DNA from: a virus
Virus record (IMG/VR): IMGVR_UViG_3300035204_002571
Location: 1 to 64,000 of that record
Reading direction: 5' to 3' (one strand)
DNA: 64,000 nucleotides
The notes beneath the pieces were generated by a model. It was not told the origin of the DNA. It worked only from the letters and a program-made list of their open reading frames with translations, and made no database searches. This document shows positions 10,442-20,135 of the stretch, one piece after another (the stretch's first letter is position 1; every line of letters starts with the position of its first letter). Both the position numbers and the translations under genes were made by a program.

Positions 10442-10448
10442 AGGGATA

Positions 10449-10928
10449 ATGCCTAAATTAAAAGAACAATCAGCGATAGATACAATCTATACTCTACTAG
10501 AAAAAATAGAACTTCTTGACAAACGGGTCCAAGTTATAGATGATAATGTAAAAATCCTTAGCAATAAGGTGTCGAAGCTGAACAAGAATGCTGCAGTAGC
10601 TGCTGTTACTGCTCCGTCCTCTTTTGGTAAGAGTTTTACCGACCTGAGCCCTAAAAAGCAACAGAAAGTTGAGAAATTAGTTCTGGGCAATGTCAAGACC
10701 TACGGGTACATTGTTAACAAGGTTAAGGTACCTATAGAAGATGTTGTTGTAAACGTATATGATGCTAGTAATAAGTTGATTAAGAACTCCAAAACTAACG
10801 CAGAAGGATATTGGGAAGTTCGGTTGCCTTCCGGAAAATATGGAGTAGAATATATCCATAAAAGGTTCAAGCCAATTAATAGAGTGATTGAACTTTCTGA
10901 TGAACTCCGCGAGTATGAGGTGAGATAA
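10449..10928 (+). CDS. Coiled-coil plus carboxypeptidase-regulatory-like (transthyretin-like) domain protein
   Basis: Start moved to ATG 10449 (GAGGGA SD, no overlap with the upstream gene). C-half 'YGYIVN...PIEDVVVNVYD...KTNAEGYWEVRLPSGKYGVEY' matches the CarboxypepD_reg-type pattern. Confidence 0.6.
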   Translation: MPKLKEQSAIDTIYTLLEKIELLDKRVQVIDDNVKILSNKVSKLNKNAAVAAVTAPSSFGKSFTDLSPKKQQKVEKLVLGNVKTYGYIVNKVKVPIEDVVVNVYDASNKLIKNSKTNAEGYWEVRLPSGKYGVEYIHKRFKPINRVIELSDELREYEVR

Positions 10929-11278
10929 TGTTTGCTGTTAAAATTTTTAGTAAAAAAAGAAGAAAAAATAATATTTTGGAACGAACAATTCAAAATCTAT
11001 CTGATTTTCTTAAGAAAGAAATGAGCTGCGATGTTAATATGGTTTCCGATAATAATTCCATAGAAATGGTTTCTGGTAATTTAGATACTAATAATGGTGA
11101 GATAGTCACAGAACTAATGTTTAAAAAAACTATTGTTATTAGTGTTGAAGAATTGAATGATAGACAAAAATTAGATAAGTACGTTAAAGAGATTAAGCAT
11201 TTTTGTACACAGGCTTCTAGTATAGAAGAATTGAAGTATTTACCATTAAATTTCAGGGAACTAGAGAATGATAGATGA
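10928..11278 (+). CDS. Hypothetical protein (116 aa)
   Basis: Coupled to the upstream gene (TAATG) and overlaps the downstream gene. Confidence 0.55.
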   Translation: MFAVKIFSKKRRKNNILERTIQNLSDFLKKEMSCDVNMVSDNNSIEMVSGNLDTNNGEIVTELMFKKTIVISVEELNDRQKLDKYVKEIKHFCTQASSIEELKYLPLNFRELENDR

Positions 11279-12077
11279 ACAAAATTTGCCGGGACCAGGG
11301 TTTAACGCTGACCATATTGTTTATTCAAGTTTTTTTGTCGATAATCACATTGTTCAGCAGACTGCAATAGTTCATCCGAAAACACTATTGATTGATGGTC
11401 TCAGAAAAGTTTTTAGGAATGATTCTGTCTTTACATACAGGGATGATGAATATGGATACCCTCTTACTCCTGACCAAACAGGTTTGGATATAGATTCAGA
11501 GGATACTACAAAGATATTAATAAGTGATTCATATAGATATGAAGTTAAGTTTTTTCCGGCAATCATAATTAAGTCAAGCGGAGGCTCTTACAAGCCGTTG
11601 TCTTTTAATCAAAATATGACTTATAAATATAGAACAGATCTATTAGAAACAGATTATGGTTCTAGAAAAGTTATTAGTACGCCCACTCATAGGGTTTACG
11701 CTGGTCGTTGGGAGTTGGGATTTGATATAGGAATATATTCTGAAAGTCAAAGCGAATTAGAGGAGCTAACAGATATAGTGTCTATGGCGATACAATATGT
11801 TTTATGGAATGATCTTAGGGCCAATGGCTTATTTGTGAATATGGTAAGAATTGGAGCAGAATCTGCTGAGCCTTATGCTAATGACTATGTATATAATACA
11901 AGCATTAGTTTGAGTACTCTTTCAGAGTGGAGAGTGGAGATACCTATAGAGAATATTGTAGAAAAAATAGCTTTCAGCATCCAGCCTACTTGGCACCCCA
12001 TTCCGGGGCAAAGAACAGAGGCGGATTTGCTATCTAGTCGATTTGATGATATAATAGAATTAACAGAGATACCTTAA
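11268..12077 (+). CDS. Putative tail terminator/completion protein
   Basis: Directly upstream of the sheath. 'FPAIII...WELGFDIGIYSESQSELEELTDIVSMAI' fits the tail-terminator fold pattern. Confidence 0.6.
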   Translation: MIDEQNLPGPGFNADHIVYSSFFVDNHIVQQTAIVHPKTLLIDGLRKVFRNDSVFTYRDDEYGYPLTPDQTGLDIDSEDTTKILISDSYRYEVKFFPAIIIKSSGGSYKPLSFNQNMTYKYRTDLLETDYGSRKVISTPTHRVYAGRWELGFDIGIYSESQSELEELTDIVSMAIQYVLWNDLRANGLFVNMVRIGAESAEPYANDYVYNTSISLSTLSEWRVEIPIENIVEKIAFSIQPTWHPIPGQRTEADLLSSRFDDIIELTEIP

Positions 12078-12098
12078 GAGATTTATAAAAAATGAAAC

Positions 12099-12110
12099 TA
12101 CTAATAATAA
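12099..12110 (+). promoter_or_regulatory. Candidate late-promoter motif (copy 2)
   Basis: TACTAATAAT, 50 nt before the sheath ATG (12149), which has a GGAGG SD. Confidence 0.5.
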
Positions 12111-12148
12111 ATAATTTGATGAGTTATTGCAAACGCGGAGGATTTTAA

Positions 12149-15100
12149 ATGGCTAATATACCCGGAATTTCAGGTTTCATACAACCTGGGGCTTTTGCAA
12201 GAGACAGAGTTATTACTCGCGGTGTCTCTATTCCCGGCGGATTAAGAATAGTTTGCGTCATGGGCGAAGGTCATAGACTAGAAACTATTGTACAATCCGC
12301 TGCAGGCGGAGGTGCGGACGGAGATTCTGACTGCAGTCCAACAGGAAGTGGCGATGGACGGTTTTTTTCGCTTCAAAACTCTCCAGTTATAAGCGGCAGA
12401 ACAGAGCTTAGATTAAATGGAACACTTTTATTTGGAATAGAGGACGAGATTGATGCAGGAGGTTTTAGTTCAGCATTTGACTTTAGGCTGGACCCAGACA
12501 CAGGCTGTATCGAGCTACAAGGTGCATCAATTGGCGACCAGGATGGCAATGGTTATTCTGCAAGCAGCATGAATATAGGGACAGGAACCCTGATAGAGCA
12601 AGATTGCAGTCCGCATTCTACTTTAGACATTCTTGATAGCACGGCTCCTAATGAAAGATGGACAATAAGGTGCGTGAGCGTGGTAAGGGACTCGAATGGA
12701 GACCCTATACCAGGACTTGCTACATTTACAGCCACAGGGTCTACATCTGGACTATTGTATGATTCTGCTGGTAGCCCAATTACTTTTCATAGTTCATATT
12801 ATACATCTGGCAATGGTGCGGTATCTGGCTCTGCAAACGAGTGTGATGACGGATTTGTTGTTGCTTTTGGCGATGCAAGTGGAAATATGTTCGGAACAGG
12901 CTCTGTCGTATTGAGCGATGGAGACGCGACAGCTGGGACTTCGTCTAGATTTGATATTCTAGGTGCAGACTTGGTAGAGCATGGACAGGCACTAGCTGGC
13001 GACTTTTTATGTTTAGATGGATATGCAGGATACGAGATTGAAAGTATTGAGTCTGATGGGACAGATACCACAATAACCGTAACTACAGATAGTCTTGAGG
13101 GCGCTGGCGCTGGTGTTGGCGACTGGACTGACGTAGCTTGGGAGGTAAGGGCTGTTAATCTTCTTATTGACGACGAATCTGTTACGCATGATGTCAGTGG
13201 AAACGCGGTTCTTTTAGATAGCGAAGGAAGCTTCTCAAGTGCAGATATAGGAAAGACTGTAGTTATGTGTCCTGGCAATCTTTTTGCTGGAGGAAAGTAT
13301 ACAGTAGAGGCGGTTACATCGACAAGAAGATTGAGGCTTCATCAATTAGACGATGACTCTTCAGGGTTTCCTGACGCAGCAGAAGATGTGGCTACGTCAG
13401 GTCTTGCAGATACTGGTTTGACATTCCATATGTTAGAAAACAATGGCGTGTTACTGCTGGGGATTGAAGAAGGCTCTGTCGCATTCGAGGTTGGTGATAA
13501 ATTTTATGTAGATGTAAACTCAAGATCTTTAGCTGCAGGTGATGAGTTGGAGGCTGCATATATTTATGAAGCAGATCTTAATGATCCTCAATTTTTTACA
13601 GAAGCTATAGACTTGTTTCACAAGCATGGACTGCCAAGTGAAGATAATACTTTAGCGCTTGGATCCGTAATGGCTATGGAGAATGGTGCCCCAGGTGTCC
13701 TAGCCATACAGTGTAAACCTCCAGTTCCAAGAAGAACTACGGTTACGCTTGTAGAGGAAAGAGACTCCCTTGGTGTTGGAGGGTTTTCAAGCTGCTTCTC
13801 GATAGCTGCAGGAGAATCTGGAGACGCTTGCGAGGTTGATGACCTAAGGTTTGTTATCCCAAGGCCAATAACCGGCCTGCGAAACGGAAGACCTGATCCA
13901 GATACAAGGGTTAATATCTTTTTCGTAAGAGATGGTGAGGACATTCAGTTATTCCCAAACAAAGTTGATTTCTACAATTCTCAGTTAGAATCTGATATTC
14001 AACAAGGAAATTGGATAGAGAGTTCTGATAACTCATTTTCTTACACAATCGTTAATTCGGAAGTGGATATAATTGGCAATGGCGACGAAGGAGAGATTGA
14101 TGAAGACGAAACAGGTGTTTACTTTACAACATCAGAGTTTGATTTTGATGGATCGCATGTAAACTCCGTCATTGTTATTACAAGTCTTGAGGATGCCACT
14201 GAAGCTTGGGATTCCAGGTCAGCAACAACTCAGGAAGATGAAATAGCAGCAGAGCTTGGATTACTTAATAATGGCGTAGAGCTTGTAATTACAGCTATTG
14301 CGGATGACTCCAAGGTGTATGTGGCAGACAATAATAACGGAGAAAGCTTGACAGGATTACTGACCTCTTCTTATGAAGATGTTCAATATTTCATAAAAGA
14401 CTTAGAAAACAGTAGTGATGACGCTTCGCTGTTGCTTCATAAAGATCTAGTTACAAGCGGAGCATTAAAAGAGGGCGATGGCATTAAGATTTCTTACATA
14501 GATGAGAATGATGCAGACTACTTTGATACTAATTGGTTTAATGCGCTAGAGGCGCTAGAAGCTTCGGATGCTCAGATAATGGTTCCACTTCCTTCACAGG
14601 CTATTTCCTCTATCTTTAGAGCGACGGTAAATCACTGTGAGAACATGAGCTCTGTTGCAAACAGGAAAGAGCGAGTTGCGTTTATTGGAGCACAAATGGG
14701 CGTTACAGCCGAAGCTTTGATTGGCACAGAAGAGGTTGCAGTTGAAGACATAGGAATACTAGAGGGTGTTCAGGGCGATGATCCAGAAGAGGTTTTGGCC
14801 GGAAATGTAGAGGATCTTGTAAACTTTAAGCTTAGTGATAATTACACAAGCAATCGATGTGTTTACTTTTTCCCAGATTCAGTAGTGAGAAACGTAAATG
14901 GAACAAATATTGAGTTGCATGGATTTTACATGGCTGCAGCGGCAGCGGGATATTTATCTGCAAGACAGAATGTGGCTATCCCACTAACTCACAAGGCCTT
15001 GTCAGGCTTCTCTATAACAAGAGATAATGTTTTTAGGCAAATTACTTTGAATAGCCTTGGAAACGTCGGCGCTACAGTTGTTGAGCCTGTTACCGGAGGT

Positions 15101-15439
15101 GGCAAGGTTCTGGCCGGAAGAACTACGAGTAATTCAGGATATGTCGAAGATGAAGAGATCTCAATAATGTTTATCAGAGATCATGTCAAACGAGTCTTAA
15201 GAAGTTCGTTAAAAGGATATATAGGAGGGGTGCAAAGTGCTGATACAAATGTTCTTGTATCTGCAAGAACCAACTCTATTATGTCAGGTCTTATTTCGCA
15301 AGGTTTGATTACAAGTTATAAAAATATCTCGGTTGAACAAGATAAAGTTGATCCGAGGCAAATCAATGTATACCTGCAATTTACTCCAGCCTATCCTATA
15401 AATTACATATTTATAGATATAGAAGTTGGGGTCGTTTAA
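12149..15439 (+). CDS. Contractile tail sheath protein with large inserted domains (1096 aa)
   Basis: N-terminal 'FIQPGAFAR'; C-terminal sheath core 'NHCENMSSVANRKERVAFIG...AAAAAGY...PLTHK...EEISIMFIRD...DPRQINVYLQFTPAYPINYIFIDIEV'. Confidence 0.93.
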   Translation: MANIPGISGFIQPGAFARDRVITRGVSIPGGLRIVCVMGEGHRLETIVQSAAGGGADGDSDCSPTGSGDGRFFSLQNSPVISGRTELRLNGTLLFGIEDEIDAGGFSSAFDFRLDPDTGCIELQGASIGDQDGNGYSASSMNIGTGTLIEQDCSPHSTLDILDSTAPNERWTIRCVSVVRDSNGDPIPGLATFTATGSTSGLLYDSAGSPITFHSSYYTSGNGAVSGSANECDDGFVVAFGDASGNMFGTGSVVLSDGDATAGTSSRFDILGADLVEHGQALAGDFLCLDGYAGYEIESIESDGTDTTITVTTDSLEGAGAGVGDWTDVAWEVRAVNLLIDDESVTHDVSGNAVLLDSEGSFSSADIGKTVVMCPGNLFAGGKYTVEAVTSTRRLRLHQLDDDSSGFPDAAEDVATSGLADTGLTFHMLENNGVLLLGIEEGSVAFEVGDKFYVDVNSRSLAAGDELEAAYIYEADLNDPQFFTEAIDLFHKHGLPSEDNTLALGSVMAMENGAPGVLAIQCKPPVPRRTTVTLVEERDSLGVGGFSSCFSIAAGESGDACEVDDLRFVIPRPITGLRNGRPDPDTRVNIFFVRDGEDIQLFPNKVDFYNSQLESDIQQGNWIESSDNSFSYTIVNSEVDIIGNGDEGEIDEDETGVYFTTSEFDFDGSHVNSVIVITSLEDATEAWDSRSATTQEDEIAAELGLLNNGVELVITAIADDSKVYVADNNNGESLTGLLTSSYEDVQYFIKDLENSSDDASLLLHKDLVTSGALKEGDGIKISYIDENDADYFDTNWFNALEALEASDAQIMVPLPSQAISSIFRATVNHCENMSSVANRKERVAFIGAQMGVTAEALIGTEEVAVEDIGILEGVQGDDPEEVLAGNVEDLVNFKLSDNYTSNRCVYFFPDSVVRNVNGTNIELHGFYMAAAAAGYLSARQNVAIPLTHKALSGFSITRDNVFRQITLNSLGNVGATVVEPVTGGGKVLAGRTTSNSGYVEDEEISIMFIRDHVKRVLRSSLKGYIGGVQSADTNVLVSARTNSIMSGLISQGLITSYKNISVEQDKVDPRQINVYLQFTPAYPINYIFIDIEVGVV

Positions 15440-15453
15440 AATAGGAGAAAGAA

Positions 15454-16089
15454 ATGGCAAGTTATCCAAGCACAAAATCTATACTCGATAATCCAGATAA
15501 TGGCTCTAAGACAAGAACCGGTTTATCAACCCAGATTATCGTGTATGTTAATGGCGAACCTGTTGGCGCAATACAATCTTTTCAAGAGACCCAACAGAGA
15601 GCTAATAAGAGAATTTCAGAAGTAGGTACAGATGGTGTAATTGAAATCGTTCCTCAGTCACCAGCGCAGGTGACCATGACGGTTCAAAGAATTGTTTTCG
15701 ACGGTCTTTCTTTGCCGGAATCATTCTCAAGAGGGTTTAAGAACATTCATGCTCAAAGAATTCCTTTTGATATTATTGTTTTAGATAAGTTTACCGGCAC
15801 AGGTAATGATGCTGTAATGACGACTTATCACAACTGTTGGTTCAGCAATTTGTCAAAGACTTATCAGGTTTCTGATTATACTATCGTAGAGAATGCAAAT
15901 ATTGATGCAGAATTCGTATCCTCCTCAAGAGGCGGGCCCGAAAAGGCTGTTGCATTAAGTCAAGGCGTGGCTGGCTCTCGCGAGATAGCAGGAAGAGACA
16001 CGGACAGTGTCGAACAGGCTGCTGACGCAGGTGCATCAGGCAGACGAGGCGCTCTAGACTTCCCGGGGCTTATATCTGCAGCTTACTAA
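15454..16089 (+). CDS. Tail tube protein
   Basis: Follows the sheath; 'IIVYVNGEPVGAIQSF...EVGTDGVIEIVP...PFDIIVLDK...TYHNCWF...IVENANI' tube pattern. Confidence 0.88.
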   Translation: MASYPSTKSILDNPDNGSKTRTGLSTQIIVYVNGEPVGAIQSFQETQQRANKRISEVGTDGVIEIVPQSPAQVTMTVQRIVFDGLSLPESFSRGFKNIHAQRIPFDIIVLDKFTGTGNDAVMTTYHNCWFSNLSKTYQVSDYTIVENANIDAEFVSSSRGGPEKAVALSQGVAGSREIAGRDTDSVEQAADAGASGRRGALDFPGLISAAY

Positions 16090-16108
16090 ATATAAAAGTC
16101 TAATATTA

Positions 16109-16146
16109 AAAAACACCATCTTTTTCAAGATGGTGTTTTTATTTTT
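16109..16146 (+). terminator. Rho-independent (potentially bidirectional) terminator after sheath-tube
   Basis: Perfect inverted repeat AAAAACACCATCTT (16109-16122) / AAGATGGTGTTTTT (16127-16140), loop TTTC, followed by ATTTTT. Confidence 0.85.
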
Positions 16147-16167
16147 ATAAAAGAGTATAACAAATAT

Positions 16168-16175
16168 AGTACAAT
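16168..16175 (+). promoter_or_regulatory. AGTAYAAT (-10-like) motif upstream of the chaperone gene
   Basis: AGTACAAT 28 nt before ATG, just after the terminator; same motif at 20106, 27859 and 62933, and GGTATAAT at 56311. Confidence 0.4.
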
Positions 16176-16195
16176 CTAATGAAAAGGAGATTTGC

Positions 16196-16687
16196 ATGGC
16201 CAGAAGAACTGCAAAGATTACTCGCCCTGAAGAAAGTAATGAAGAAAATATAGAAATTGAGCGTGTCGAAGACGGTGATCTTCAGGGTGAGGACGATAGC
16301 GAAACACTGCTCAACTTGGGAAACTTAAGAGACCTGGTCTTTTTAGGCAGACTCAAGGAAGTGGTGGATATTGAGGGATTCAAGTTTGTGGTAACTACCC
16401 TATCTACTCAGCAACAGGTTGATATTATGCACCAAGTTATGAAGACTGATGCAACTGATAGAATTCTTGATATAAAGCCAATAACTGTATCTTATGTTAT
16501 TGATTCGATCAACGGAGTTCCGCTTGAGGAGATCTGTGATGATGATAGTATAACCAATGTGGAAGATAGGCGATTATCTGTAGTTTATGGCTTGCAGTCT
16601 CTTGTTGTAGAAAGACTATATCAAGTATACGAAAAACTTGTTGAAGCGTCTGGTGAAGAAGTTGGTTTAGACCTTTTAAAAGAATAG
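16196..16687 (+). CDS. Tail assembly chaperone (lambda gpG analogue)
   Basis: Between tube and tape measure; acidic 163 aa; ends in a slippery site. Confidence 0.8.
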   Translation: MARRTAKITRPEESNEENIEIERVEDGDLQGEDDSETLLNLGNLRDLVFLGRLKEVVDIEGFKFVVTTLSTQQQVDIMHQVMKTDATDRILDIKPITVSYVIDSINGVPLEEICDDDSITNVEDRRLSVVYGLQSLVVERLYQVYEKLVEASGEEVGLDLLKE

Positions 16688-16711
16688 CCGAGGAGCCAAT
16701 CAGCAGGCTCC
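16675..16711 (+). other. Programmed -1 ribosomal frameshift site (T TTA AAA plus downstream hairpin)
   Basis: X XXY YYZ heptamer at 16675-16681 in the correct phase, one codon before TAG. The -1 frame is open into the 16801..17127 ORF. GGAGCC/GGCTCC stem at 16692-16711. Confidence 0.85.
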
Positions 16712-17127
16712 GCTGGAAACTATGCAAGGCTTGGAAGTGTGCAGTTGATGATGAAAGATTCGACCATATAACCGACGCTCAATGGGGTTGGTACGCCCAA
16801 ATGTTTAAGATAGACGAAGAATACCAATATAAATATGATTTAGATTTTCATGAATATTTAGCATCATTTTGGAACTCCGAAGCAGTTCAGAGGCTAAGAA
16901 GTATGCGAGAAATGAAGGAAGATGAAAGATTTGCTTCTGATGAAGAATTTGAGAGACAAATTTTTGATGAAGACTTTAGAAAGAATGATGAACTTATCAA
17001 ATCTATTAAAGAAAAATATAAAAATACTAATTTAGCTGATACTAACAGAGGTAGGGCAAAGGGCGCTAGAGATACTAGAATGCCAAAAGATATGTCTAAA
17101 TTATTTAAGTTAACAGATAAGGAATAA
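16675..17127 (+). CDS. Frameshift-accessed C-terminal part of the tail chaperone (gpGT analogue, fusion about 310 aa)
   Basis: The -1 frame reads ...RIAEEPISRLRWKLCKAWKCAVDDERFDHITDAQWGWYAQ directly into MFKIDEEY; the ATG at 16801 has no good SD. Confidence 0.8.
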   Translation, partial: FKRIAEEPISRLRWKLCKAWKCAVDDERFDHITDAQWGWYAQMFKIDEEYQYKYDLDFHEYLASFWNSEAVQRLRSMREMKEDERFASDEEFERQIFDEDFRKNDELIKSIKEKYKNTNLADTNRGRAKGARDTRMPKDMSKLFKLTDKE

Positions 17128-17131
17128 ACAA

Positions 17132-19099
17132 GTGGCGGGACCTGATGAAATAGCCGGAAGTTTGGCTCAGCTGCCTCCGGGCGAAAGAGATAAGGTTTTA
17201 GAGTATTTAAGAGACCTTGAGACTCGTTTGGATAGGACGGCAGAAAGTTCTAATAGAGCAAATGATTCCTTAGGAAGATTCTTTTCTCTTGGGTCAAAGG
17301 CCTCTAGGATACGAGATGAATGGGGAACTGTTTCTACTGCTTTTGAAGACTTAACTGGCAAGGTAACTGCGACTAATAGTGCTATTACGGCATTAAGTGC
17401 TGCTGGAGCAAGCAAACTATTGAAGGGAATTCCCGGAGTTGGGGTTATGGCGGGTATGGTTAGCGGCATAATGAAAGCAAACCAGGGCTTGCAGCTGATG
17501 ACAAAGGGCTCGATGGCTTTAGCGAGAGAGCTAACAGACTTGTTCGATAAGCCATCTGAAGATATGCGAATGTTTGATAATCAAATGTATAATGTAGGAA
17601 GAAGGTTCGGCGGTGCTCACGAGGAGGCTGTAAAATTTGCAGACTCATTAAAAGAGGAGACAGCCAGTCAGTTTGCTAGAGGCATGCACATGACTAGGGA
17701 TGAAATGGGTCAGTTTATAGACGCCACAAGAAACACTAGCTTATCTTTGGAGCAATTAAATAAAAGTGTTGATACTGGTCTTGGGGTTACAAAATTATAT
17801 GCTGTTGCATCAGCTCAAGCTTCGGCTATGAATATAAGCCAGAGTCAAGCAGCTGGGATGCTAAACACTTTAATGAACAAACAGGGGAGAAGTGCGCAAG
17901 ACGCCACAGAGATGATGGGAGCTTACAGTAGTATAGCAGAAAAAACAGGCATAACTACAACAAATGTTGCAAATACATTAAATAGCGCTATAGCAGGGTT
18001 TGAGCAGCTTGGTTTGGCAGCAGATTTTGGTAGGCCAATTCTAGAAGGCTTTGGGAATGTTATGGATGATATGGGTCTTGGTATTGAAAACGCAACACAA
18101 TTGACAACAACTTTAACTCAAGCTTTGGCTGGATTAACAACGAATTATGCAAATGCCTACATAATGATGCAAAAGGGCGGACTGGATATGGGGGCAGGCG
18201 GAGGTGTTTTGGGCGCATCCATTGGCATGCAGGCGGCGATGCTAGATGCAGAAAAGACTGGGGATCAAGCAGCTATTGGTGAGCAGTTAGTTTCTGGATT
18301 AAAAGGAACTTTGGAATCATTTACCGGAGGTGATATAGTAACGGTGCAACAGGCAGCAGAGTCTCCAGAGCTTCAGAATCAATTTTATGTTCAGCAGCAG
18401 ATGCTTTCGAAGCAATTTGGCATAAGTGATCCAAAGCAAGCAACGCGTGTACTTGATCTGCTAGCAGGGCTGGATGAGGCTACAAAGGCTGGAGATGCTG
18501 ATTCAAAGGCAGAATTGCAAAAACAGTTAGCAAATGAGATGGACGGCAGAGATAAAACACTAGGAGAGTGGGATAAGGCCAATAGACAGTTAGAGATTCA
18601 GTCTAATCTTTTGGCAGTAATAGCAAGGCCAACTCTAACTCAGGCTAAAAAATTTGCTGCTGCTGGAATTGAAAAAACCGTTAGTCCCGCCATTGAGGCT
18701 GCAGGCGGGCAGGTGCAAGAGTATGCTGCATCAGGTCAACAGAGCTTGTTTAATTTTCTCAAAGCTCGCGGGCTTATTGATGAGGATGATTCTATATATC
18801 AGACTTTAGCAGCACAAGACAACCCTCCTCCATCGGGCGCTACAGGTGCCGTTACTGAGTTGGATGAACGACAACAACGTCGACGAGCACTTAGGAGTAC
18901 TGCAGTAACTCGGGCGGCGAGGTTTATACCAGAAGTAGAAGGCGAGAGGTCCCCAGGGGCTGCCAACCAAGAATCTGGGCGAGATAGTGATTCGCAAGGT
19001 AGGCCTGTTCATATTACAATAGATCTTACTTCCGAGGCTAGTGAGGTTGTTAGGCTTTCTCAAGATACTCAAAATAGACTATCCGGAGGAGCGGGATAG
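17132..19099 (+). CDS. Tape measure protein (655 aa)
   Basis: Ala/Gly/Gln/Met-rich helical protein right after the G/GT chaperone; C-terminal 'VHITIDL' strand. Confidence 0.8.
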   Translation: MAGPDEIAGSLAQLPPGERDKVLEYLRDLETRLDRTAESSNRANDSLGRFFSLGSKASRIRDEWGTVSTAFEDLTGKVTATNSAITALSAAGASKLLKGIPGVGVMAGMVSGIMKANQGLQLMTKGSMALARELTDLFDKPSEDMRMFDNQMYNVGRRFGGAHEEAVKFADSLKEETASQFARGMHMTRDEMGQFIDATRNTSLSLEQLNKSVDTGLGVTKLYAVASAQASAMNISQSQAAGMLNTLMNKQGRSAQDATEMMGAYSSIAEKTGITTTNVANTLNSAIAGFEQLGLAADFGRPILEGFGNVMDDMGLGIENATQLTTTLTQALAGLTTNYANAYIMMQKGGLDMGAGGGVLGASIGMQAAMLDAEKTGDQAAIGEQLVSGLKGTLESFTGGDIVTVQQAAESPELQNQFYVQQQMLSKQFGISDPKQATRVLDLLAGLDEATKAGDADSKAELQKQLANEMDGRDKTLGEWDKANRQLEIQSNLLAVIARPTLTQAKKFAAAGIEKTVSPAIEAAGGQVQEYAASGQQSLFNFLKARGLIDEDDSIYQTLAAQDNPPPSGATGAVTELDERQQRRRALRSTAVTRAARFIPEVEGERSPGAANQESGRDSDSQGRPVHITIDLTSEASEVVRLSQDTQNRLSGGAG

Positions 19100-19102
19100 A
19101 AG

Positions 19103-20095
19103 ATGGATTTAATTCAAAGACAAACTATAATATTTTTTCTTCCAATTAGTATTGATGCCTTAACAGATGATCAGAGTCCATATACTGCGTCAAAAGATGG
19201 TAGTGCATTTTGGGATAAAAGACAGTTATATATAAACCCACAATCTATAAGCATTAGAGATGCAAAGCTTGTAAAGCCAGACCTCACAAAGGGAGGCTTC
19301 GTTGTTCAGTACTGGGGAGAGCAGCTTCCTGTTATGGAGGTGCAAGGGGTTACGGGTTCAGCAGGTATAGCTGGAATAAATGTTCTTAAAGATATTTATA
19401 GACATGAGCAAATTCAATATAGACAAGTTTTGGCAGATCGCCAAGCTGAGTTAGCTACAGCTGCATTAGCAGCGGCCGAAGCTGCAGCTTCAGAGTTATC
19501 ATCGCCATCAAATGTTGGCGAAAGCTTAACTCTTGCGGCAGATGTACTGACTGGCGGAGCTTTTTCAAGTGCAGTATCTGGCGTAAGTAACGCAATAGAT
19601 ATAATAACAGATCCGTTCTCTGGAGGTACAAGCTTTGGAGATACATATGGTGGTTCAGGAACATTTACAACGATTCCAACGCTTGCTTCGTTTGCTACAA
19701 ATGTAGACCTGTATCATCAAGGAGAATTTTTTAGAGGATTCTTTACAGGATTTAATGTTACTGAGACAGCAAATGAGCCTGGACATTTTAGTTATACTTT
19801 TTCTTTTACGGTAACCAGAAGGACGGGTAAGAGAGAGAACTTTATGCCATGGCATAGAGAGCCGACAGACGCTGCAGGAGAAACTATTATGAGTCAAAAG
19901 ACTACAGAGGAGAAAGGAGCTTATCCTGGAAATACTAATTTATCTTTTGAGACTGAAATTACAAGACGAGGCCAATTATTTGATGAACCAAATATAGGCT
20001 ATGTTAGCAGCGAATTCGTAGAGCCGATTGTAGACGTAGAAGACCTCTTAAATGAGACACCTGTAAGCAGAAGGAGTCAGGCTAAGGGTGAATAA
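19103..20095 (+). CDS. Tail tube initiator / baseplate tube-like protein
   Basis: 'LYINPQSISI...TKGGFVVQYWGE...VQGVTG' and 'FRGFFTGFNVTE...FSYTFSFTV'; position after the TMP. Confidence 0.75.
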   Translation: MDLIQRQTIIFFLPISIDALTDDQSPYTASKDGSAFWDKRQLYINPQSISIRDAKLVKPDLTKGGFVVQYWGEQLPVMEVQGVTGSAGIAGINVLKDIYRHEQIQYRQVLADRQAELATAALAAAEAAASELSSPSNVGESLTLAADVLTGGAFSSAVSGVSNAIDIITDPFSGGTSFGDTYGGSGTFTTIPTLASFATNVDLYHQGEFFRGFFTGFNVTETANEPGHFSYTFSFTVTRRTGKRENFMPWHREPTDAAGETIMSQKTTEEKGAYPGNTNLSFETEITRRGQLFDEPNIGYVSSEFVEPIVDVEDLLNETPVSRRSQAKGE

Positions 20096-20105
20096 TTTTA
20101 AAAGT

Positions 20106-20113
20106 AGTATAAT
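20106..20113 (+). promoter_or_regulatory. AGTATAAT motif upstream of the hub gene
   Basis: Intergenic, 30 nt before ATG 20136. Confidence 0.4.
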
Positions 20114-20135
20114 AGTTTAGCAAAGGCGGTTCTGT

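Noticed and set aside
16692-16716. H-type pseudoknot downstream of the slippery site (loop CAGC pairing with GCTG)
   Set aside because: The second stem would start immediately after stem 1 with no connecting loop, which is sterically unlikely; only the simple hairpin is reported.
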